From the NCBI RefSeq assembly GCF_009914755.1, contig NC_060925.1: 64,000 nt of DNA. The stretch is one strand, 5' to 3'. Each line of letters opens with the position of its first letter. Position 1 is the stretch's first letter. Shown piece after piece: positions 44,770-64,000 of the stretch. The notes beneath the pieces are model-generated. The model was not told where the DNA came from and searched no databases. It was given only the letters and a program-made list of their open reading frames with translations. Both the position numbers and the translations under genes were made by a program. This DNA is from the human T2T-CHM13v2.0 reference genome, Homo sapiens.

Positions 44770-45471
44770 TCAGAGTATCGGAGGAAAATGTCTTGGCCAG
44801 AAGCAGGAGGAAGAAGAGCATTGCCTGCAGGACCGGAGAGTGACCCTCTCTGCAAGCTGGGGTGGTTGGGGGCCACAAAGCCTTGTTAGGAGACGGGGGG
44901 GGGTTACAAGACCCTAGAACAAAATGGCCATTGGGTGCCCTGAAGCGGAGGAGGTCATGGGCAGTCTTGTGGAGAGTTTTGTGTCCCCAGGCAGGACCCA
45001 AGACCACCAACAGCAACCAGCCTAAAGGGTCCCCACCCAGATGATGGTGTCCTACGGGTCACCCAGTGGACAGATACCTGGTCCTGTGTAAGTTCTGGGG
45101 AAACACTGAGGCAACCCAAGCAGGCCAAACAGGCAGAATGCATGCTTCGATTTGCGTTTTAAAACATTTAGAAAAGTCACTTTTCCCCGCATATCTGAAT
45201 ATGGGGATTGAGACTCGCATCAGCCCTATTCACTTTGATCCGCAGGTGCTAGGCGGTGGCCCTTTTTAAAGACAGCTTCCCTGCAGGAAGCCCAGCCTCC
45301 TTTCTCTGTATGGCTTCTCTCAGGGTTTGCCATTCCCTTCACTTTTGCATTTGTAGAGTCTTCAGCTTCCTTTGGTTCTGAGCAGGACCCAGGAGATGGA
45401 CATGCATTTCCTCTCTGACAAAACTGGCACTTGTTCTCCTTGGAAGCGATAAAGTCAAACATTTGCTTGAA

Positions 45472-46368
<897 letters not shown>

Positions 46369-47229
46369 TCAAAGCTTTCTTGAGCTGGGCAGCCACCTTG
46401 GTCCCTGGACCTGAGCACTCCCCTTCATTTCTATGACACTTCTGGGTTTTTACTGTCTTCATCACATTGTTCCCCTCTACTTATCCTTTCTCATGTTGGT
46501 GGACAATGAATTATTTCCAATATTTTCTTTTGTACAATGATGTTATGAGCATGTCTCTTGCACGATAATTTTTCCAGGGTAGATACTACAATAGGATTAG
46601 AGTTGGTGAGTAGAGATGCCACACATCTTCACTTTTACACTTCCCTGTCTGTTAAAATAGAATGAGTAACCTCCATTCCCCATAACTTCACATACACTAA
46701 ACGCACACTCACAAAAGAGGCTGGTCATCTTTCTTCAAGACATTCAAGAATTCTCTTGTGGGACTATTTCAGAAAGGTCCCCACATTGTCAGCACCTTAA
46801 AGCTGCCAGATACACATCTTCAAATGCCGTAAGTACTTGAATGTTTGCTGCTGAAAACAGCAGCCTGTGACTCAACTACTTGAATAATCAAGACCAACAG
46901 CCTGATGATGCCACGCTCTCATCACTTATCAGATGCCGTCATCAAGGCTGAGCAGCAACAGCCGGGTGTTTTGTTTGTCCCGGGAATTCTGACGAAAGTA
47001 CACGGTTTGCAAAGTGCCAGCCAGCACTGCCTGAGACAGCAATTCAAGGCCTCTGGAGCAGGGTCGCCTGTCATACGCAAGTCCTGTCTGATGGCTCAAG
47101 CTGCCCCAGGAATGACCAGAAAGTCACCGTGGGAGTGTGGACGCAGCTCAGAATGACCTAGACGCATGGCCTGTAGACTTGAGGGACACGGGCTCTGGAA
47201 GAGGAACTCTGAAATACTACTGTAGCTGG

Positions 47230-47870
<641 letters not shown>

Positions 47871-47988
47871 CTGGTTACATGCTGCTCTATCAGCTGAGAA
47901 CCTCTGGGAAGCACCGTCCTGGAGCATGCAGCACTGAGGGCTGGTGGGCATTGATGCTCTGAGCGGAGGCTCGGTGCCTGGACCCTAA

Positions 47989-48863
<875 letters not shown>

Positions 48864-49848
48864 AACATGTTTCTCATCTGTGTGCAAAGACTGAATACCT
48901 AGGCTGCAAAATGAGCTCCCAGAAATGAATTAGAAAATTCTGCCTTACAAGTACAAACAGAGAAGTGGTTCTGGAGATGTGGTTTAACCAACTGGAAAAA
49001 GTATTTTTCAGACAGGAGGAGTGGATGAGGAGCCAGGAGACTTGCTTTTAATCCTATTTCTATTTTTAAAAATTATTTGTATGACTTTGAACAAGGTTTT
49101 TTCTCTTTGTGTTTTAGTCTTCCCTTTTGTAACTGTCTGTCGTCTTCCTGCCCCAAAACGATTAGAATTAAGTAAAATGCCTCAGCTGGGAACAAAACCA
49201 AGATGACGACTTGGCACATTCCTAGAATATTAGACATTGTCATCGGCCTTTGTTGAGATTAAGTAACAACTTAATGGCTCGATTCTGAAAAAACAAAAGC
49301 AAAAAGAAAAAGAAAAAACGTAGTCACGTAGTTTTCATTCTAGATTAGAAGCATGGATGAAACCGAAAGACTATTCAAAGAAAATTGCTTTTAAAAGAGG
49401 AAGGAAGAACTAATCTTGAAGGCTGTCACCCACGGACACTGCTGATCATCTGTTCCATACATTCAAAGGATCTCTCTACGGTGGTTATTCAGACCTTGCA
49501 GACAGGCTGATGTCTGTTGCTCAAGTACGCCATGCATGGAAGAGAGTATATTGGCAGCAGTGAAAAAAAATATAGGACTCATTTAAAAAGCCTGGAAATA
49601 ATCTGGATACTTTCCAGGAAAAACGATGTAGAGTCTGACGCAGTTGTTGTTGTTTTAATGAGTGACAGCCTGCTGCTGGTCCCTGCGATATGGTTGTTCA
49701 TGGAGACTTGTCCCTGAGCAGCAGAGCTGGTGGTATGAATGGCAGGCTGGGGATGGAGACAAGCAGGGATAAGTTCCACTTCTTCCCAGGAGCCAAAAAA
49801 GCCACAGATGACAAGATCTGCCCTCTGTGCCAGCACCCCTTCACCTGA

Positions 49849-50346
<498 letters not shown>

Positions 50347-50673
50347 TAAAAAGCAAGAAAAATGTACACATGGCCCAGCTCATGGACAGTCTTTATAAGC
50401 AAATAGGGAAGGATAAAAAGACGAGAATCCAAATGTGAGAAGCAGAAAAATAAAGCTCTGGTCCTAGGAAAGGTTCATGGTGGGAAATGGGAGGATTCGA
50501 AATCAGAGAGAGCTCAGATTGGGGTCCTACAGGATGGCACAGTTAGTTCCACTGGTCACTAACTAGTCCCCACTCCTCCAGGGAGGGTGAGGGATCAGCT
50601 AGTCTCAAAATTACCCTCCACCCCTGCACCAGGAAGACTCACTCTCTGTAAAGCTTCCCAGTCAATGCCCTTG

Positions 50674-51116
50674 TGTCACGAGTGGTTACTGTCTGGGGCC
50701 AGTGGCACGGGCAGTAAAAAGAATTTGCCAAGACAGTCATAGGTACAGAAATGCAGATTTATTAGCAAAAGCATGGAAATATGTTGCAAGAAAGCAATAG
50801 GCCAGTTAGCAAGAGAGGAGCTGACTGGAGGAGACAAAGGCTTCCTGGGGATTTTATAGGATGGAGCTTGTTCTGTGTGCTGGAGAGGGCTAAGTGCAGT
50901 ATTGATAATGTCAAGGTGGCTGTGAACTAACTTGCATTTTTCTATCAACCGAGGGTCTGGTGATATCTGGGTGCAGGAAGATCGTGAGTCATTTGCGCAG
51001 ATGGGCTATGTGTCCTAGACTATGAAGAAACGCAGATTTATAGCTTATCTGTATTTTCTTTCTGCTTTCCCTTGCTCCCACCAGCCTGGCTCCTTGTTCC
51101 TAATTAGGACCCCACA
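50674..51116 (-). mobile_element. MER83-like (ERV1) solo LTR
   Basis: Minus strand tgtggggtcctaattagg...gataagctataa...cctataaaatcccca...aataaatctgc...gtgaca. Confidence 0.75.
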
Positions 51117-51136
51117 GTAAGGCTGCCTTCCTTTGC

Positions 51137-51438
51137 TGGCTGGACGCAGTGGCTCACGCCTGTAATCCCAGCACTTTGGGAGGCTGAGGCGGGTGGATCA
51201 CCTGAGGTTGGGAGTTTGAGATCAGCCTGACCAACATGGAGAAACCCTGTTTCTACTAAAAAATACAAAATTAGCCAGGCGTGGTGGTGCATGCCTCCTA
51301 CTCGGGAGGCTGAGGCAGAAGAATAGCTTGAACCCAGGAGGCGGAGGTTGCAGTGAGCCAAGATGGTGCCATTGCACTCCAGCCTGCGCGACAAGAGCAA
51401 AACTCTGTCTCAAAAAACAAAAAACAAAACAAAAAAAA
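51137..51438 (+). mobile_element. AluS
   Basis: TSD cttcctttgct. Confidence 0.95.
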
Positions 51439-51677
51439 GAAATACTTCCTTTGCTGAAGTCAGCAGCTGATAGAGGAAGGCAATACAAAGCCGGGTATAG
51501 ACAGTGAATACATTTAGAAAATGTACCAGAACATGGCATTGTTAATGAACCATGGAGCACCAGAAATGGAAGGATTTTGCAAACCATGGTTCCAATGGTT
51601 TTAAAGCGCAAAGTTTAAACATTTATAAATTAGGTCCCTTCTAAAGTCAATCAGACAAATGCAGTCTCTTACAGCCT

Positions 51678-52356
<679 letters not shown>

Positions 52357-53660
52357 TGGCTGTATTTTCAGTATCTGTCGCCACAGAAGATACAACACGA
52401 CAAAGCTGTGATTAATTCAGTAACATACTTAAATTCATCTTTATTAATCCCAAAGGCATCTATGCATACTTGCAAATTAATCAGCAGGATACAAACACAT
52501 GGCAGTCGCAATTGCTCTACACAGGTTTCCTGGGTTGTGCACCTGTATTCAGAGACCCCTTGCAGTGGCTCTGAAGGCCCACCTTCCACCTTGAGGAAGC
52601 TGAAGGGCAGAAGACAGAAGGTAACTTAACCTCCTTAACCAACCAGTTAGTGTTTGAGAACCTGGTATTGCTGCACTGCCAGGGGACACCCAGGTAATGG
52701 CCAGGAACCCTCCTCTTGCTAGACAGGTAAGCCCAGACTAGTGTAGGGAGGAACTGGCTCTCTCTCTGTAGAGGGAGAATATCCTGAGAGACAGGGCTGG
52801 GCTGTTTTCACCGTGCTTCCTCATACCTGCCCCTCCTCTGACCAGCCAGAGTTATCCGCACTGCCTCAAGGAGAATGAGGACGATTACACAGAAGTGCAA
52901 AGAGGAATTTTGCTTTTTACTTCCAAAGCGGGTTCAGAAAGCCTTCTTCAGGAACAAGTTTTAGACGCTAAAGCCTTTGATTTATTTGAGGAAGGCTCTT
53001 TGGGGGTCTCAGAAAAGGGGAACCCCAAAGGCACCAGGTCCTGCGGTGAGGCCTGGGGCAAGGTCTAGGGGAGCCCCGTGTAGAGGAGAGCAGCTGGCAC
53101 TGAGCAGCAGGCCTGCATTCCCTCATCTTTGCCACATGGGGAGCAGTGCCTGCAGCAAGCCATGGCCATGCAGGGGCACGGTGCCCACGCTGAGACCTCC
53201 CATCAGAGACCTCCCATCAGAGACCTGCGTATCTCCATGGGTCCTCCAGCAGGGCAATTGCCTGTGCCCTGAGATGTTGGTGAGCCTCAATCACATTCCT
53301 CCATACAACAATCTCATGTTAAGACCAGAGATCCGATGAACCCCCAAAGCAGGGTGGGATCCCCAATACTGACAGGCGATGGCATGCGGATGCCCCAGTG
53401 TTGTACTTCTGTACCTGGGAGGGACACATCGGAACTGGATTCTGGGACCCTATTTCCTTGTAAGTGCATTCTAGGTCTTTCCCTGCTACCCCAGCTGCTA
53501 CCTCTTACCCCTAGGGCAAGAGGATACCCTAGGAACAGTGTGGAGTTCGAGTGGAAGCCCTGGGTGCCGTCCTTGCTCCTCTAGGCACCTTGTCCTGATG
53601 GTGATTCTCCTTTGAACCACAGTCTCCTCCTTCAAGAATGGGGATAAAGATCCCTGCCTC

Positions 53661-53718
53661 CCCACTGCACTCCAGCCTGGGCGACAGAGCCAGACTCCGT
53701 CTCAAAAAAAAAAAAAAA
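53661..53718 (+). mobile_element. Extremely 5'-truncated Alu
   Basis: About 42 nt of Alu 3' end plus A tail; TSD atccctgcctcc. Confidence 0.9.
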
Positions 53719-53995
53719 TCCCTGCCTCCTGGCATTTCTGTAAAGATCAAGTGGACAGGGTACATGAATGCTTTTAGCAAACTGAAAAATGCTAATCAAA
53801 TGCTAGTGATTGCTCCTTTGAAAATCCAAGCACAGCCTGCAAAATACTTGGAATATAAATTGAGCAGACATATCGGGAGTAGTTTCAGGTTATGCTTACG
53901 TGTCCTTTATTTAAAAAAACAATGCTTAAAACACCACCTAAAAATTCCTCTGACCACCTATTTCAGTCAAACGCTGGAAGATGGGGGATGCTTTA

Positions 53996-54443
<448 letters not shown>

Positions 54444-54892
54444 TTAAACCATCTGATAATGGAGAGAGGCGGCACAGTCTGTATGGGCACACAGCTCACT
54501 CTGTGGCTGAAGCCACATGTGGGTGCACTGGGCCCAAGGAGCTGACCTCTGCTCTTGTGGCACTCCCAGTCCGGCACAGACTTGAGGAGACCACCGAAAA
54601 GGAGCCCAGGCCAATGGCCTGCAAAGCCACTTCCCTCTACTTGACCAAGAAGAGCTTCCCGGACCCTGGCTCCTGCCTGCGCATCTGGCCAGCTTCATCT
54701 TCCAATGCTCCTGGTCTCCGATAAGCCCCAGCTGCTGGACTGCTGTTTTTAAATCCCTTCCAGGCGGGAGGAACAGAAGAGAGGTGAGTGGACAGGTGCA
54801 GGCCCTGGAGCCTGAATCTGCTCCTTTCTAGCTCTGGAAATTTGGGCAATTCCCTTCACCTCCTGCTTTCTTCCCTTCAAAATAGAGGAATG

Positions 54893-55917
54893 GTTGTATT
54901 GGTTTCTATTGTGGCTACAACACATTACCATATATTTATGGCTTAAAACAATGCAGTTTTATTATTTTACAGTTCTGGAGTTCAAAAGTCTGAAATGGGT
55001 CTCGATGGACTAAAATCAAGGTGCCAGGAGGGCTGTGGGTGGAAGCTCTGGGGAGAGTTCGTATTTCTGCCTTTTCCAGTGTCTACAGCCATCTGCAATC
55101 CTGAGCTTGTGGCTCCTCCTGCATCTTTTTTTTTTTAACATTTTACTTTAAGTTCTGGGATACGTGTGCAGAACGTGCAGGTGTGTTACATAGGTATACG
55201 TGTGCCATGGTGGTTTGCTGCACCTATCAACCCGTCATCTAGGTTTTAAGCCTTGCCTGCATTAGGTATTTGTCCTAATGCTCTCCCTGCCCTTGCCCCT
55301 CACCCCCCAACAGGGCTCGGTGTGTGATGTTCCCCTCCCTGTGTCCATGTGTTCTCATTGTTCAACTCCCATTTATGAGTGAGAACATGCGATGTTTGGT
55401 TTTCTGTTCCTGTGTTAGTTTGCTGAGAATGATGGTTTCCAGCTTCATCCATGTCCCTGCAAAGGACATGAACTCATTCTTTTTTATGGCTGCATAGTAA
55501 TCCATGGTGTATATTGCCACATTTTCTTTATCCAGTCTATCATTGATGGGCATTTGGGTTGGTTCCAAGTCTTTGCTATTGTGAATAGTGCTGCAATAAA
55601 GATACATGTGCATGTGTCTTTATAGTAGAATTATTTATAATCCTTTGGGTATATACCCAGTAATGGGCCCTCCTGCATTTTTAAAGCCAGCCCAGCAGCA
55701 TCCCCCACCTTCTCTCTCAGATGCTCCTATCTTCCTCTTATGAGAACCTTTGTGATGACATTGGGCCTGCCAGGTATTCCAGGATCACCTCCCCATCTCA
55801 GGATCTTTCCATTAATCACATCTGCAAAATCTTTTTTGCTGTGTAAGATTCACAGATTCACAAGTTCCAAGGATTAGAGGGTGGCCATCTTTGGGGACCA
55901 TGATTCTACCTACCACA
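54893..55917 (-). mobile_element. MLT1C/D-like LTR split by an L1PA
   Basis: tttattattttacagttctggag...aaaatcaaggtg; ttaatcacatctgcaaa...ctacctaccaca. Confidence 0.75.
55126..55667 (-). mobile_element. L1PA 3' end (5'-truncated)
   Basis: tactttaagttctgggatacgtgtgcagaacgtgcagg...gggtatatacccagtaatggg; flanking cctcctgcat duplication. Confidence 0.95.
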
Positions 55918-56188
55918 GTAGTCATCAGGAATAAGTAGTTCATACAACATAAGCCACTAAGAGCCTGGGCTGCAGGAAGCACTTAATTAATGTGAGCCAT
56001 AATCATTCTCCCTTGCTGAAACAGAGCCCCCAGCCTGGAAGGCTTTCGCCTTGCACTGGCTGTGCCCCAATAGTTCCATCTGGCCAAATCATGAGACCTC
56101 CTTCCAGATGCCTTCCCTGTCCTTCTGGGCCGGGCTTGGTGTCCTTCTGTGTTGAGGTGGGAGCTTTTCTTAATTCCGTGTTGTATGC

Positions 56189-56441
56189 TTTTTTTTTTGA
56201 GACAGAGTCTTACTCTGTCGCCCAGGCTGGAGTGCAGTGGCACTATCTTAGCTCACTGCAACCTCTGCCTCCTGGGTTCAGGCGATTCTCCTGCCTCACA
56301 ACCAGCTAATTTTTGTATTTTCAGTAGAGACGGGGTTTCACCCATGTTGGCCAGGCTGGTCTTGAACTCCCAATCTCAGGTGATCTGCCCGCCTTGGTCT
56401 CCCAAAGTGCTGGGATATCAGGCGTGAGCCACCGTGCCCCG
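56189..56441 (-). mobile_element. AluS with an internal deletion
   Basis: Antisense Alu. Confidence 0.9.
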
Positions 56442-57741
56442 CTCTGTGTTGTGTTATAATCGTCTGTCTCCCTCACTGGATTGTAAATGCCTCAGGAGCA
56501 GGGATGGCCTCTGACTTATTTTGCATTCCTACCCCTAGGATATGGCACACAGCAGCTGTCAAATGTCTCCTGGACGGCTCATGGGTGAAGGTAGTTCTGT
56601 GTCCTTTGGGGTGTCCAGAACCTCAGAGCTGCCGTTGCTGCTGTGGGAGGGGAGCAGTGAGGGGGTCTCTAGGTGGGGATCTTGTGCTCTGACAGAGGCA
56701 GCTCTTCAGGGTGGTAGCTGGTTTCCCCACAGAGAAGGCTGTCTCTCACCCCAGGCAGAAGAGGACAGATCCATGCATTCAGCCTGGGGAGGAGACCTGG
56801 TGTTGCAGGCACATCATGCTTACGGTGGTCAAACCCTCACAGCCCCACGAGGAGCGGGAGAGGCTGGCATAGGACACAAGAGCCTGGGGATGCTTAGGCA
56901 GGTTGGGGGGAATCAGATTTCAGGAATAAGGACCCACAGAAATCATTTGGTTCAATGCATCTCAAATCTGGTGGCTGCAAAACTCAAAGACTAATTCCCG
57001 GACCCTAGCCCAGACCCACTATGTCAGAATGTCCAGGGGATGAGGCCCAAGAAGGGATATTTTAAAAACTGCCCAAAATGTATGCAGCCAGGTTTGAGAA
57101 CCACTGCTGCATCTACCTTAGGCTTTATACACAGACTGTGCTACAAGTAAATGGTTCTCAAAACAGGTGTGTAAAACAGAAGAAAGGATACACACATCAT
57201 TCAACAGACTACAGTGAACCTGCCAGACCACGCATCAAGGCGAATACATAAGACAGTCCTTGCCAAGCTGCGTCCTTGAGCCCGCCTGAATCCCGGCAGG
57301 GTGGAGTTGAGGGCGGCCTCTCTACTTCATTTAGCCCACCAGACCTTCGGACCTGAGGGTCTCTGATCCAGCCTCTCGGGGCCACCACCCCCTGCAGGGC
57401 TCCAGGAAGAGTCAAATTGCCCGGTGGGCCAGAGCTCTCCCTCCCTTTTGTTGCCGCTTGGCGCCTGGCAGGTCAGAGGTCACTGGGCCCAGCAGCCCCA
57501 GTCCCTGGATGGGTGGAGCACCCACAAAACAGCCAGGCTGTGAAGAGGCCCACTTTGGAGTGAGAGGGGGCTGCTTCTTGCGTGTCATTTTGCAAAAAGA
57601 ATCTCTGTCTCTTCCTCTACCTTGAGTTACACTACCAAATACTCCTTTTGGTTAATGTAGCTTTCTTATATGCTAGGGGTGAGAGGAGGGGAAAGCCACC
57701 TTATTCTGTCAGGAAGGCACTTGGGCATAAATTAATCTGTA

Positions 57742-58401
<660 letters not shown>

Positions 58402-58619
58402 TCATTTGGGAGGTCACCTTAACCTCGGATCAACATGGCAGGTCCTCCCACAAGCAGCCTATTTAAAATGTGAGCCACCCCCTTCCCCGGAATTCCCTAC
58501 CTCCCAGCCTTGTTTTATTTTTCTCTCATGCACTTACTATATCTTAAATGCTTATTTATTCATGTACTTGTTTAAACTACTTTTGATTTTCTGACTTCTT
58601 ATCATTGGTCTGATTCCTC

Positions 58620-59110
58620 CACCGTAACAGAACTTCCATGAGGGCGGGGATTTTTCGCTTCCCCCGCAACTGCCTGCGTTTTCGTAGCCCTAGAGCTTCC
58701 AACGTACAGTGCGGAAAAGCAACACAACACACTAAGAACCGTGCGGAAAAGGAGAGAAAACCAGACCGCAGGGGCATTTCACAGCTACCACAGCGGTCCG
58801 AGGCGAACGCAGGGTGGAAGAACCCGAGCGAGGCCCGGCAGGGGCGGGGTGAGCCTTGGCCCCGCTCCCGTGCAGGTGTCGCGGGTAAGCTGCCGCGGTT
58901 ACTGTGAAGCAGGGCCAAGGCCAGCCCTCCGCCTCGAGGCCACTGGTGCTTGGGGGTGGGAAAAGAGTGACCGGGGGCAACTGAGCAAAACATAGAACAG
59001 AAACTCCCTCTCGAATAGAGACCCACGCACGGAAGGATGATACACTGTGATTCCCCGACGTGGGCCTGCAGCAAGAGACGGGTGCTAACAGCGTCCGAGC
59101 CAATCCGTAA
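58620..59110. promoter_or_regulatory. Small CpG island / candidate promoter or enhancer
   Basis: Dense non-Alu CpGs; GC boxes (ggggcgggg at 58841-58849, gggcgggg at ~58642); donor-like gg|gtaagc at ~58885. Confidence 0.55.
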
Positions 59111-60159
59111 GCATCAGAGGGACAAAGAAATCATAAACAAGAGGCAGGATGCAACTGCTTCAACGCAGAAAGAATGAGTCATCCAGGAAGGCGAGGTGGT
59201 GGCGGGTTGGCTGTGGTTTTGCAGAGGCGGGCAGGAGGGGCAGGGGGCCAGGGAGAGGGCAGGGTTGGGAGGGTCTCTTTTAAGGGAATCCTATGCATGA
59301 AAGTCTGTGTAAGAAAGGGTGTGCCTCCTACAGAAGGATATTTGTTTTGTCCTAAACTTGCCGTGTGTTCTTGGAGGCGCTGGCCTCCCTGCTGTCATCA
59401 CACCTCGGATCACCCCAGGCAATCTCGCCCCTGTGGCTTCACCTGGGTCCAGCCAGACCTCTGCTCAGCTCTGCAGGTACATGCCCCCTCGATGTCACCT
59501 CCTGACTTGGCAAGTCATACACCCTCTCTCTACTTGCCCAGCTTCATTCACAAAACCAGGTCACATTACCCCTCGTCCATCCATGCTCAGTCTGGAAACC
59601 CTGGGATCCCAGACACCAGCCTCTCCCTGGCCCTCTGTTTCCAATCAGACGGCCACCCCGACTGACGCTGGGGCCGGGGCACCCTTGGGCGTTATCCAGT
59701 CTCCCTGTCCTCCCTCTCCTGCCCCACGCCTCCGACCTTCCCCACATGGCAGTCACAGCCAGACGGCCAAGGTGGGGCCTGCTGCTTCCTGCTTCTGCCT
59801 GACAATGGCCCTGGATTCCCCATTCTTCACGGTCAGTCTCACCTTCACACCCCGGCTCTGAGCAACCTTTCTGCTCTCTCCACTCCTCTTTCATGACCCT
59901 GGGCCCCTGCTGGCTGCCCTGCCTGGAAAGCCCTTTCTCATTTGTCTGGCTTGAAAAACCTGCCTCAGCTCACCAGGGCCAGCTCAAGACACCCTCTGTT
60001 GTCACACGCTTTCTGCACTGCTATCAGAAAGAACTAACACTCTCCCTGTCTGTGCACTAATCCAGGGTAGGTGGGCTGTTTTCACACATGCACCCCCTCT
60101 AGGTTCTGACTCCTCTGGAGTGCATGACCGTATCTTATTTGTTTCCCTGTCACCAGTGC

Positions 60160-64000
<3,841 letters not shown>

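Overview
Primate (human-like) genomic DNA, very Alu-rich, with many LTR, L1, L2, MIR and MER5 remnants. I found no intact protein-coding gene; almost all long ORFs in the track come from Alu, LTR or simple-repeat sequence. Three non-repeat structures stand out. (1) About 500-16540 (+) appears to hold a decayed multi-exon unprocessed pseudogene of a divergent GAREM-like adaptor: about 11 exon remnants with largely phase-consistent AG/GT boundaries, encoding a CABIT domain, the GAREM post-CABIT motif, a Pro-rich linker and a C-terminal SAM-like domain. It is disabled by stops, frameshifts and MER39/LTR12C insertions. It does not match GAREM1, GAREM2 or THEMIS1-3 as I recall them, so it may be a lost family member. 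(2) 31009-38604 (+) is a full-length processed pseudogene of SLC39A14 (ZIP14), inserted into an old L1 with target-site duplications and carrying a complex templated insertion. (3) About 60160-64000 looks like the distal 3' UTR of an unidentified minus-strand gene, with a small CpG island just beyond it. Protein comparisons and repeat subfamily names are from memory, not database searches. Repeat coordinates are approximate.
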